Assembly: GCA_963728405.1 (NCBI GenBank)
Contig: CAVSJV010000007.1
Span: forward strand, 224,001 to 288,000
DNA length: 64,000 nt
Reading direction: 5' to 3'
Source of the DNA: Methanomassiliicoccaceae archaeon
GTDB taxonomy: Archaea; Thermoplasmatota; Thermoplasmata; Methanomassiliicoccales; Methanomassiliicoccaceae
The stretch's first letter is position 1. Every line of letters begins with the position of its first letter. This document shows positions 47,849 through 57,130 of this stretch, one piece after another. Both the position numbers and the translations under genes were made by a program. The notes under the pieces were generated by a model that saw nothing but the letters and a program-made list of their open reading frames with translations, was not told the DNA's origin and searched no databases.

Positions 47849-48850
47849 TCAAGCCCCCTGCTTGGACTCAGTGGAGACATATACCATGTTGGGCGCCTCC
47901 TTGAGCACGATACCGATCGGCCTCACGGGGTCCCTCAAGCGGATAAGTCTCTTGGTAGGGCCCGGAACCGATCCGTGGATCAGAACGTAATTGTTCCTGA
48001 TGTTACCATAATGGAGGAAACCACCCTTGGGGTTGATCTCCTCTCCCTTCTCGCCGATCTTGAGGATCCTCTTGTTAAACTCGGTCCTCTGATGGTAACC
48101 CATCTGACCGGCCTGAGGAACCTGGGGCCTAACGAACCCAGGCCTCTTGGGGCCCAGTGTGCCGACCATCCTGCGGTGCTTGGAGTTCTTGTGGGAGAGC
48201 AGCTTTACGCCCCATCTCTTGATGGCTCCCTGGAACCCCTTGCCCTTGGTGACCGCGGACACGTCGATAATGGCGCCGTCCTTGGCGAACTCGGTGACCG
48301 TGATCTCTTTTCCCAGCAGTCCCTTTGCGTACTCCAGTCGGGCCTCGATGGAACCGCCGCCTACGCGGGTCTCCATAAGATCAGGGGCCTTCTTCGGCAC
48401 GCCGGTGATCATCTTAGGCTGAGTGTAAGTTAGCACCCGGACATCCTCGATGTCTTTCTTGATTAGCTCGCTCCAGGCCTTCTCCGTATCGTAGTTCTTG
48501 GGGATGGGCAGTTTCCGGGCGAGGTTTTGCTCTACCCCGCTGGCCCATACCTCTCCTACGGTGCGCAATCCGTACCGGGTGTTCTCATAGACCCTTACGG
48601 CAGCAACCTTCATGGGAGGTACTTCTACGACGGTTACCGGGATCTGGATCTCCTGACCTGCGGTGAGGCTGGCCTTCCTGAAGTCCACGACGAATGCGTG
48701 GGTCATTCCGGCCTTGTACCCGGCGAAGCCCTGTAGCTTAGGGCCTTCGCTGATCTCGGGCCAGGAGTCTAACCTGGGTGTCTGGCTGATCGCTCGCTTC
48801 CTAGGCGAATACGCATGCGAACCTTGTTTTGGACGTCTCTTGTTTGGCAT
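47849..48850 (-). CDS. rpl3: 50S ribosomal protein uL3
   Basis: PRKRA, GYKAGMTH, TKGKGFQG, QAGQMGYHQRTE, GSVPG. Confidence 0.98.
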   Translation of the reverse strand: MPNKRRPKQGSHAYSPRKRAISQTPRLDSWPEISEGPKLQGFAGYKAGMTHAFVVDFRKASLTAGQEIQIPVTVVEVPPMKVAAVRVYENTRYGLRTVGEVWASGVEQNLARKLPIPKNYDTEKAWSELIKKDIEDVRVLTYTQPKMITGVPKKAPDLMETRVGGGSIEARLEYAKGLLGKEITVTEFAKDGAIIDVSAVTKGKGFQGAIKRWGVKLLSHKNSKHRRMVGTLGPKRPGFVRPQVPQAGQMGYHQRTEFNKRILKIGEKGEEINPKGGFLHYGNIRNNYVLIHGSVPGPTKRLIRLRDPVRPIGIVLKEAPNMVYVSTESKQGA

Positions 48851-49062
48851 GATTCTCCCTCTCTTCCTTTTTGAGAGAATCCACTCTCTGTGCTCGCGCC
48901 TCTTTTTACTCGATCGCTCGAGGTCAGCACCTTCGACCGTGACGCGTTATCCGCCCTCCGAGAATGGAGTTAGAGGGGAAGTTGGGATGCAAGTGCATTG
49001 CCCATGGCGTCTGGTCGAACGTCCTCAGCGCTTACAGCGTAACTGTGGCATTATAATTATGG

Positions 49063-49072
49063 TATATAAACT
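49063..49072 (-). promoter_or_regulatory. TATA box of the ribosomal-protein superoperon
   Basis: Minus-strand AGTTTATATA about 215 nt upstream of the rpl3 start, implying a long leader. Confidence 0.55.
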
Positions 49073-49220
49073 TAGCGTGGGAGGGGGACCCCTATCTGGC
49101 TATGGCATATTCTCCTTTCAGGAAAAGGTTGGCTCATAGCTCCGACCTTGAACTTTCTAAGATGATAGATGGGTAAAATATATCACCTTCGGAGGGCGTT
49201 CGGGGATAGGAAGGGATGTA

Positions 49221-49430
49221 TTGAGCCGGGTTCGGGACGTCGGTCCGTCGCAAAGGACGCTTTTCAACTTCGATATCGAGGACCCTTTCGAGGCAGGGTC
49301 GATAGATAGCTTCAAGGACCAATTCCGTCGATTGAACGGCCGCAACCCCTCGGCCGTGGAGCTCAGCACCTACTATCGCAAGCATCCTCAGGAGCTGGAA
49401 CGGCGGACCGGGAATTTCAAGAAGCATTAA
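49221..49430 (+). CDS. Small hypothetical protein
   Basis: A 69-aa ORF converging on the CDF gene; no recognised motif. Confidence 0.35.
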   Translation: MSRVRDVGPSQRTLFNFDIEDPFEAGSIDSFKDQFRRLNGRNPSAVELSTYYRKHPQELERRTGNFKKH

Positions 49431-50401
49431 CTGCTCTCTTTCTTGGCCTTATCTCGCTCATGGCATCGTCCTTCGAGTGCGCTCCCAGTGACGATGTTCT
49501 CCAATACGCAGACCTTTTGACCATTGACCACGAAGCACATGTTTTTGTCACATGGTTCGACGTGGATGATCACGTCGCAATTTTTGAGCTCCTTTTTGAT
49601 CTCGCTCTTTATCATCCCGGACAAGGCGTGACCTGCTTCGATAGGAGTATCGTACTTGATCACGATGTGGAAGTCAACGAACCGCTCCGCACCGGCCTTG
49701 CGGCTGCGTAGATTGTGATAGCCCAGGAACCTATCGCTATGTTTGTTCAATATTTCCCGGATCTTCACTTCCTCCTCAGGAGGTAGCTTCTCATCAAGGA
49801 GGTCCCGCCCAGACCGCTTGATCATGCCCCAGGCGGCCTTGATGATGAGTATGGCCACACCGATGGCGATAAGGGGGTCCAGGATCGGCAGGTTCGTTAT
49901 CTTGATGACCACCAGCCCGGCGAATATGCCTAAGGAGGTCCAGACATCCGTCTTAAGATGGAGGGCATCCGCCTCTAGGGCCATAGAATCCTCCTCTTTG
50001 GCCACCTTGTAGAGGTATCGGGACACGATGATGTTGATTACCACCGAGATGCCCATGACTGCGATGCCCAGGTCGACCTCTTCTATCCCGGTGTGAGAAA
50101 TGATCTTTTGTGAAGCCTCGAAGAGAATTATGCCCGCGGCAATAAAGATAAGGATGGCTTCGATGACCCCTGAAAGGTTCTCATATTTACCATGGCCATA
50201 GGGGTGTTCCTTGTCCACAGGCTCACTGGCTTTCCGGACAGAGTAGTTGGCGATGATGGCTGCCAGAAGGTCCATCATCGAATGTATCGCCTCGGATATC
50301 ACCGAGACGGACATCATCATAATGCCAACGGTTAGCTTCAAAACCACCAATGAAGTGTTAGATACGATGGATGCTCGTGCGGCGGCCACTTTTCGTTCCA
50401 A
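49427..50401 (-). CDS. Cation diffusion facilitator (FieF-like) transporter
   Basis: SEAIHSMMD, HPYGHGKYE, ADALHLKTD, IHVEP. Confidence 0.95.
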   Translation of the reverse strand: MERKVAAARASIVSNTSLVVLKLTVGIMMMSVSVISEAIHSMMDLLAAIIANYSVRKASEPVDKEHPYGHGKYENLSGVIEAILIFIAAGIILFEASQKIISHTGIEEVDLGIAVMGISVVINIIVSRYLYKVAKEEDSMALEADALHLKTDVWTSLGIFAGLVVIKITNLPILDPLIAIGVAILIIKAAWGMIKRSGRDLLDEKLPPEEEVKIREILNKHSDRFLGYHNLRSRKAGAERFVDFHIVIKYDTPIEAGHALSGMIKSEIKKELKNCDVIIHVEPCDKNMCFVVNGQKVCVLENIVTGSALEGRCHERDKAKKESS

Positions 50402-50511
50402 AGCGATCCATCACCTATCGACGCCCCCTATTTGGGATTTGTGGAAGGCGTACAATTGAGGGCCTAGATGGGGGCCATCGGGCCTCCATCAGCCCAGAAC
50501 GCGGGTAGAAC

Positions 50512-50838
50512 TCAGAGCTTTCCTTCCTTGGCCTTCTTCTGCAGGCGCTTGGACCGCTCCTTAGTGTTGAAGCCGGTAGCCTTTTCCATGAACTCATTGT
50601 ACTTACGGTTCGACTCTATCATCGCCTCGGGGGAAGCGCCCTTGTCCGAGGTGGTCACCACCGACAAAGTGCTCTTGCTAAGCATCTTGACCTCGAACCT
50701 GACGGTGGCGCCGAAGGAAGAGATCAGGGATCCATTCTCTTCCTCGACCTTTCCAAGCACCTCCTTCATCAGATTCTTAAGGCCGTCCCCTTCCAAGCTG
50801 GCAGCATGCCCCTTCTTGATATCGAATTCCATCGTCAT
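50512..50838 (-). CDS. Conserved archaeal protein (DUF5611-like)
   Basis: IKKG...SFGA...YNEFMEKATGFNTKERSK. Confidence 0.75.
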   Translation of the reverse strand: MTMEFDIKKGHAASLEGDGLKNLMKEVLGKVEEENGSLISSFGATVRFEVKMLSKSTLSVVTTSDKGASPEAMIESNRKYNEFMEKATGFNTKERSKRLQKKAKEGKL

Positions 50839-50843
50839 TCCTC

Positions 50844-51842
50844 CTAATCGAAATCCAGTTCATTGCTCAGGTACTTGGCGACGTCCACGCTCGTGCCCAT
50901 GGTGTCCTGAATGTCCATGAGGCCGGTCCACTCCTTGCGACAGCCACAATCTAGGCCGCCCAGGTCATCAAGGTCCTGGCTGAAGGAAAAGCGCTGGACC
51001 GCATCAAGTATTTTTCTGTCGCAGCTATCGCAGTTATGGACGCCCCGCGCGGTCCCCCCGCCCGACGGAGAGGACATGATCCGGCATTCGCTGATCTCTC
51101 TCCCCTTTCTCAGCACCTCGATCAATGACCATAGCCAGGGCGGGCGGTAGTTGCCCCGACGCCACAGCATATCTACCACAGTGTCCCTCTGCACGTTCAC
51201 CGGGTTGACGCTCACGCTCTCGGAGAATTTGGACGCGTAGCCGATCGATACGATGGCATCTTGTACAGCGGCCCTTTCCGTTAGGTAGGGGGGCTTGAGG
51301 AGCAGATAGGTCCTCAACGGTATGTCCTTGCCCCTCAGAACACCGGCCGCCCGAGTGTAGTCCTCCACGGTGAAACCCTTGCGGACGCACTTGCGGAGCA
51401 CCTCCTCGTTCGCCGTCTCTAGGCCAATGGCCACCGCCGAGCGGGGATCGATGTCCAGCAGGTTCTCGTCGGTGATGAAGTCCGGCCGGCTCTCGTAGAG
51501 GATGCGGTCGGCCGGGGAGAACGCGGAAAATATCTCGGACCGGAGGTCCAGGGGAATCTCGTTCGGATCGAGAAACGAGCCGGAGGTGTAGATCTTGACC
51601 AGCCGTTCGCCCTTGTACCTCGAGGCCGCCTTGCTCATCTGGGCCCTTATGTCGGCAGGGGTGACCGCTCTAGAACTGGCCGAATTGTAGCCGCACATGA
51701 GGCACCCCTTCTGCCAGGACCACCAGCAGCCCGTGGTCCGCAGAATGACCACAAATGCCTCGGCCTTCTGACCGTCGATGACGTCCTCCTCCTTCCAGAC
51801 GCTGACTGGGCTCTGGAGCTCCTCTCTGGTCAATCGGGCCAT
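50844..51842 (-). CDS. Archaeosine biosynthesis radical SAM protein RaSEA (TIGR01210-like)
   Basis: RTTGCWW...GCLMCGY, KIYTSGSFLD, ESRP, YLLLKP, YRPPWLWS, RGVHNC. Confidence 0.9.
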   Translation of the reverse strand: MARLTREELQSPVSVWKEEDVIDGQKAEAFVVILRTTGCWWSWQKGCLMCGYNSASSRAVTPADIRAQMSKAASRYKGERLVKIYTSGSFLDPNEIPLDLRSEIFSAFSPADRILYESRPDFITDENLLDIDPRSAVAIGLETANEEVLRKCVRKGFTVEDYTRAAGVLRGKDIPLRTYLLLKPPYLTERAAVQDAIVSIGYASKFSESVSVNPVNVQRDTVVDMLWRRGNYRPPWLWSLIEVLRKGREISECRIMSSPSGGGTARGVHNCDSCDRKILDAVQRFSFSQDLDDLGGLDCGCRKEWTGLMDIQDTMGTSVDVAKYLSNELDFD

Positions 51843-52756
51843 TTTGTATCTCTCATGATGGACATGTCGACCTCGATAATTAGGTTTGCCCATATCTCCG
51901 CAGCTGGCCGGACTCTCCGGGAGCAATCATATTCATTTAACGATCAGGCCGCCCGGATCGAGGGAGCTGGCCTATGAGCGCCGAATCCTCGACCAAGCAG
52001 GCAAATCTCAACGGCGAGCATGTCCTCTCCACCCGATATCAGCGAGGGCTCCGAGACCAAGCTCTACCGCATTCTCATGGCCAGCCAGTATTATCTGAAG
52101 CTGACCGACAAGGCTGGTAAAAGCTGCTGTAATCTGAGAAGGGATAGAGCGCCGCGGAGCACCTGAAGCGCATCAAGGACGGGGTGCAATCCCATGCCAA
52201 AGGTGATGGGAAGGTCCGAGGTCCCGGCCGGCACCAATGACTAGGATTGCCAGGCCCTCTTCGACCGCATCCGTGGTAAGGCCTGATGGTCGTTGCTGAG
52301 TTCAAAGTGGGCCCCTATGGGTTCAAGGGCGACTTTCTTGTCGCCGCCGATGAACTAATGAAGAGGTTGCCGGGAGCGGTCGTAGCCTCTTCTCTTTGGG
52401 CTGTTAACTAAGAGGATTACGAAACTCCGTGGGAAGCTGAAATGGAAGGGATCGAAAGAGGTGACCCCCCATGTATAGGTCGACAAGACCGCTCCCGGAG
52501 GGCTTGAAAGACTTTCGGACATCCCCAGGCTGCCCCTAAATGTCCAGCGCCATGCCATGGACCATTATGTCGTCACGCTGCGCACCCGCTAGCGTTCTAT
52601 CTCCCATTTCATTAATTCGAGTCGGAAGGATATGACTACTTTCGATCACCCCCCGGGACCGACGGTAAGGGGAGATGGGTTGAAAGGGGAACTCGGTTCG
52701 TCTATTCGGCTATATATCTCGGATGCCCACCACATATCAAGCAAAAAGTGAGAAAT

Positions 52757-52948
52757 ATGATTGCCGAAGACCAAATCGAATATGCGATGGACCTGATTGC
52801 CAAGAAGCACACCAATGTGTCGGCCCTCATGTACGATATGCAGAACCTCTCGTCGGTGGATCACAACAATGCTGGCCTCCGCGAATGGTTGTCTGGCATG
52901 ACCGACGACGGGTACAGCATCCTGATCGAGCGCCTGGCGAGGATGTAG
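52757..52948 (+). CDS. Small helical hypothetical protein (63 aa)
   Basis: Coding-like codon pattern, with TATA-like CTATATATC about 45 nt upstream. Confidence 0.45.
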   Translation: MIAEDQIEYAMDLIAKKHTNVSALMYDMQNLSSVDHNNAGLREWLSGMTDDGYSILIERLARM

Positions 52949-53052
52949 TACTGGAAGACGACCAAATGGCATATGTTGCCGTTATGCCAAAAAATTGCAC
53001 TTTCGGTCATCTCCATTAACGAGGGTGACGGGGGAGCGACATCCTCCGGTTC

Positions 53053-53247
53053 ATGATCACGCACAAGGGGTTCATTCGGAATGCCGCGCCCTGCCCGCTC
53101 TGCGGCTCGTTGCGGCTGACGAGATTCATGTTCAACGAGCTCGCGAGTGGCGGCCGGTACGACAGTTGCGGCGACCTAGGGACATTCAGCCGCGAGATGG
53201 ACAGAGGTTCCTGGGCAGGCTGTGAATATCGCAAATGGGAGCGCTAG
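53053..53247 (+). CDS. Small hypothetical protein with a CPxCG motif
   Basis: 64 aa; CPLCG plus later Cys residues. Confidence 0.3.
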   Translation: MITHKGFIRNAAPCPLCGSLRLTRFMFNELASGGRYDSCGDLGTFSREMDRGSWAGCEYRKWER

Positions 53248-53275
53248 ATGACTAAACTATTGAATTAAACGGCCA

Positions 53276-54454
53276 CTATTCGCTAATAATATCCAAATCG
53301 CGTTCCAACAGCGATAGGTCCCTGCTCGCCAATGTCTCCGGGTCCAAGGCTATAATGAGCTTAGACTCAGAGACTATGGTCGCATCCCTTAGCTCGAATA
53401 CGAACGGCAGGACCTTCTCCAAACGATTGTACGATGCCAGATGCTCCAGGCCATCTATGAGGATGACCGGACCGTTACCTCTCTGCAAGAATTTTAAGGT
53501 CGTATGTTGCAAGACCGAGATATTGGCAGGGTCGATACTGTCCGGTCCGGGCTTATGGGTCAACCATAATATGGGCGTGTTCATCAGACCATATGCTTCC
53601 TTGACCTGATCGGGATGTTTTCGGGTGATCAACAAACCCTGTCCGCCCGAGGCGAGTTCATTGACGAACATCTGGTAGGCTAGATCACCAGACTTGGCCT
53701 TCACCAGGACGCTATGCCTCGGTTCCACGATCGGCGCTTCTTTGACGGCGCGCAGGTTCTCTTGGGCTGGTTCGAGGATGAAGAGCTTTTGTCGAAATAT
53801 ACCATAGGCGAAGGTGAGGCTCGATGCCAGGATGGTCGCGGAGAACAGAGGAGGGGCGCTTGGTTCATACGCCTTGATGAGGGCTACCATCAGCCCTAAA
53901 AAGAAGGGGATCACCATCCCTGCGGTCAGGATGGCGATCCTACGCCTTGTCCCCTCCATGCTCTCCGTTAGGTACAATCGGGCTAGGATGATGGCGCCCA
54001 CGAAAAAGTAGGCATAGATGACCACGAACCACCAAACCATGGGCAGGCCGGTGGAGACCCACCAACCATACTTGTCCTCGGCCACGGTGCTGACCAACAT
54101 CGTGGGCACCACAGCGGTAAACACTATGATGAGAGTGAACTCTCGCTTGTGCCGGACCAGCCACGATCCTTTCCGTTCATATGGTAGGAATGAGGTAAGG
54201 TAAAGCATCGTGGCCACCGTAATCGTGGAAAAGAAAATCGTAGGCCGAGCGAATGCTAGAGCTGTGCCCTCATCTGATGCAGTGATCATGAAAAAGTCGG
54301 TCAAGTCCGTCAATATCGCCATCAACGTGAGGAGGACGAATACCCTGGAGCTCTTCAGATGGGGGTTCCTGATGAGGACATAGAGGCTCAACGAGATGCA
54401 CACCATCACCGCAATGATGGAAATCGCCGAGAATACTAGACCAGCTTCGAACAT
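53276..54454 (-). CDS. 7TM sensor (HisKA_7TM-like) fused to a DUF835 inactive KaiC-like domain
   Basis: Seven hydrophobic segments followed by GLLITRKHP...ILWLT...ILIDGLEHL...LLER. Confidence 0.87.
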   Translation of the reverse strand: MFEAGLVFSAISIIAVMVCISLSLYVLIRNPHLKSSRVFVLLTLMAILTDLTDFFMITASDEGTALAFARPTIFFSTITVATMLYLTSFLPYERKGSWLVRHKREFTLIIVFTAVVPTMLVSTVAEDKYGWWVSTGLPMVWWFVVIYAYFFVGAIILARLYLTESMEGTRRRIAILTAGMVIPFFLGLMVALIKAYEPSAPPLFSATILASSLTFAYGIFRQKLFILEPAQENLRAVKEAPIVEPRHSVLVKAKSGDLAYQMFVNELASGGQGLLITRKHPDQVKEAYGLMNTPILWLTHKPGPDSIDPANISVLQHTTLKFLQRGNGPVILIDGLEHLASYNRLEKVLPFVFELRDATIVSESKLIIALDPETLASRDLSLLERDLDIISE

Positions 54455-54952
54455 CGACCCGCTCCTCCTCGGCGAATGTCCCGTCAGTAATATTATTAGA
54501 TGAATGTTTAAAAAATCAAATATGAAACCACGGAGGAAGCGCTATCAGAAGATCAGGAACTTCCCGGGAAATCCTAGATCGCGGCCCCATCGAATGCCCG
54601 ATTCTGATGTTTGCTCCTGCGCGCCCAACTAGGCCGGCTGCCTGCGAGCCCATCCAAGGGCATCCGGCAGGGAGGAGAGCTGGAGAATGGTTTATTGCTG
54701 CTCAATGCGGCATGAGCCCATTGATCAGTCGTTCCGCAGCCACGTCGGCATATTCTCCGACGAGATGAGAGAGGCGCAGGGCCAGGAGGGTAGAAATTAT
54801 CCCGACTGGCTCAGCCAGTAAAACCGAGCTAGTCAATTAAGTTTGCCCGGATGCCCGCCCCGTGTCCGGGCTGCGAAAAGAGCATCGGAACACCGAGCGT
54901 TGCCTAATCCTTTAATAAGCCTGGAATAATCCCTGAACCAGAAGGTAAGGGC

Positions 54953-56302
54953 ATGGCCAAGAAGATCATAATCATCGGGTCCGGAGCGGCGGGTATGACC
55001 GCAGCATCCTCGGCAAGGGCGGCCAATAAAGAGGCCGAGATAATCGTGTTCACCGAAGAGGAGCATATATCTTACTCGCCGTGCGCCATCCCCTTCGTGT
55101 TGGAAGGGAAGATCAAGGATTTCCCCTCCATCGTGATGCACCACCCAGAATTTTATCGCCGGGAAAGGAACATCGATGTGCGCACCCGGTCCAAGGTCAC
55201 CGCGGTCGATGCGGAGAAAAAGACCGTCACCCTCGTCGATGGGACCACGATACCTTACGACAGCATCATCCTGGCCACTGGTGGCACGGTGTTCGTCCCC
55301 CCCATCGAGGGGGCGGGCCTGCCCGGGGTGTTCAAGGTCCGGTTCATCCAGGACGGCATAGATATCCAAAAGGCCATGCTCACGGCCCGCTCGATCGTGG
55401 TGGCCGGCGCGGGGGTCATCGGTCTGGAAGTAGCGGTCGCTCTCCGCCGTGCGGGCAAGGACGTGACCGTGGTAGAGATGTTCTCTCAGGTCATCCCAAG
55501 GATCTGCGATCCAGACATGGCCAGGGAAATGCAGACCTACTGCGAGAGCCTGGGCATCAAGTTCATGATGGGTCTGCCCCTTGGTTCGATCAGGGGGGCA
55601 GGAATGGTAGAGAAGGTCCTGGTTGGCAATACTGAGGTGGGGTGCGACATGGTCATCATGGCCACCGGCGTCAGGGCCAACCTCGAGCTGCCGAACATGC
55701 TTGGTCTGGAGATCGGTCCGCTAGGTGCGGTGCGGGTCTCGCCGACCCTCCAGCCCTACAAGAAAGGCCGTCTGGTGAAGGACATGTATATGGCGGGCGA
55801 CGTGGTCATGTGCGAGAGCGCCGCAGCTCCTGGCCCTACGATGAGCCAGCTGGGGTCGACCGCGGTGAGACAGGGCCGTGTCGCCGGGGTCAATGCTGCA
55901 GGAGGCTATGGTACCTTCCCGGCGGTCCTAAGTGCCTGGGTGTCGCAGATCGGCGAGCTTCAGGTGGGCGGGACGGGTTTGTCGAAGGGCCTGGCCGATT
56001 ATTATGGTCTCAATGTGGTGGAGGGTACGGCGGCCGGGCTGACCAAGGCCCGATATTATCCAGGTGGTAAGAAGCTCATGGTTAAGCTCATCGCGGATCG
56101 GGAGACCCGCAGACTGCTGGGTGCCCAGATCGTGGCTGGCGAGGAGGTCACCGGACGCATCAACTGGCTGACTGGTGCGATCATGAAGGGTGTGACTGCA
56201 GATGAGTTCATGAACTCGTTCGAGAACGCCTACTGCCCCCCGACCTCTATGGTCAAGGATGTCGTCAACATCGCAGCGGAGGACCTGGTCCGGAGGCTCT
56301 GA
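54953..56302 (+). CDS. FAD-dependent pyridine nucleotide-disulfide oxidoreductase (NADH oxidase/CoA-disulfide reductase family)
   Basis: GSGAAG, redox Cys in SYSPCAIP, LATGG, GAGVIGLE, MAGD, LLGAQ, AYCPP. Confidence 0.9.
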   Translation: MAKKIIIIGSGAAGMTAASSARAANKEAEIIVFTEEEHISYSPCAIPFVLEGKIKDFPSIVMHHPEFYRRERNIDVRTRSKVTAVDAEKKTVTLVDGTTIPYDSIILATGGTVFVPPIEGAGLPGVFKVRFIQDGIDIQKAMLTARSIVVAGAGVIGLEVAVALRRAGKDVTVVEMFSQVIPRICDPDMAREMQTYCESLGIKFMMGLPLGSIRGAGMVEKVLVGNTEVGCDMVIMATGVRANLELPNMLGLEIGPLGAVRVSPTLQPYKKGRLVKDMYMAGDVVMCESAAAPGPTMSQLGSTAVRQGRVAGVNAAGGYGTFPAVLSAWVSQIGELQVGGTGLSKGLADYYGLNVVEGTAAGLTKARYYPGGKKLMVKLIADRETRRLLGAQIVAGEEVTGRINWLTGAIMKGVTADEFMNSFENAYCPPTSMVKDVVNIAAEDLVRRL

Positions 56303-56303
56303 G

Positions 56304-56588
56304 ATGACCAGGGTCCTTTTCAGGACCTTTGGCCATATCACCGCCATAACCAAGGGGAACCAGTTGGAGATCGAGTTCCCCGGGGCTACCATCGAGGAGT
56401 TCCTCATCGAGATGGTCAAGAGGTTCGGAAAGCCCATGGGAGGTGTCCTCTTTCCCCAGGGGGAGAGTTTCTCGGAGATGCTGTATGTGTTGGTCAACGG
56501 TAAGAACATGGCCTACCTGGACGGACCGAGAACCTCGCTCAAGGATGGAGATATAGTATCTATCCTGCCGATGACTGCTGGTGGATAA
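56304..56588 (+). CDS. Ubiquitin-like MoaD/ThiS (SAMP-type) protein
   Basis: VLVNG...LKDGDIVSILPMTAGG with a C-terminal diglycine. Confidence 0.92.
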   Translation: MTRVLFRTFGHITAITKGNQLEIEFPGATIEEFLIEMVKRFGKPMGGVLFPQGESFSEMLYVLVNGKNMAYLDGPRTSLKDGDIVSILPMTAGG

Positions 56589-56754
56589 AGGCCGCTGTCT
56601 CCATATGCTGTTCGCATGAAAGATGAGCGGCGGACGCGATACCTCCAATGCCGAGGGCCCAAAACGAATCAACAGGCCCGCATTTTCTAGATCTGGACAC
56701 ACATGACCCATGATCGAACTGGAACGTTATGGGCTCACATCGAGTGATCAAATA

Positions 56755-56780
56755 TTATAAAAAAATAGGAAAGGGTTTGA
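56755..56780 (-). terminator. Pyrimidine/oligo-T terminator after glnK
   Basis: Minus-strand AAACCCTTTCCTATTTTTTT. Confidence 0.55.
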
Positions 56781-56791
56781 GGTGACACTGG

Positions 56792-57130
56792 TCAGATGGC
56801 GCTCTTTCCTCTCTCCTTGGAGCTGACTCGGATGACCTCATCGACGGTCCAGACGAATATCTTCCCGTCTCCGATGGTGCCAGTGCTGGTCACGTCAAGG
56901 ATGATGTTGACTGCCTTCTCGACATCGGCATCGTCCACTACTGTTTCCAGCTTGATCTTGGGCAGCAGGTCGATATCATAGACGGCGCCCCTCCATTGAC
57001 GGGTCTGCCCTTTTTGCCTCCCCCGGCCTTGGATCTCGGTCACATTTAGCCCGAGTATTCCTTGCGCTTCCAGGGCCTTCTTTACCTCTCCGAGCTTCTC
57101 GTGTCTAATGATTGCCTGGACCATTTTCAT
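56792..57130 (-). CDS. glnK: P-II nitrogen regulatory protein
   Basis: AIIR, GRGRQKG, LLPKIKLE, TGTIGDGKIFV. Confidence 0.96.
   Translation of the reverse strand: MKMVQAIIRHEKLGEVKKALEAQGILGLNVTEIQGRGRQKGQTRQWRGAVYDIDLLPKIKLETVVDDADVEKAVNIILDVTSTGTIGDGKIFVWTVDEVIRVSSKERGKSAI

Noticed and set aside
52090-52420. RNase P or SRP RNA in the long intergenic region
   Set aside because: I found no GAGGAAAGUCC-type RNase P core or SRP helix-8 motif on either strand.
53125-53680. MFNELASGG in the small ORF versus MFVNELASGG in the DUF835 protein
   Set aside because: The codons differ and the similarity does not extend, so it is probably coincidence.
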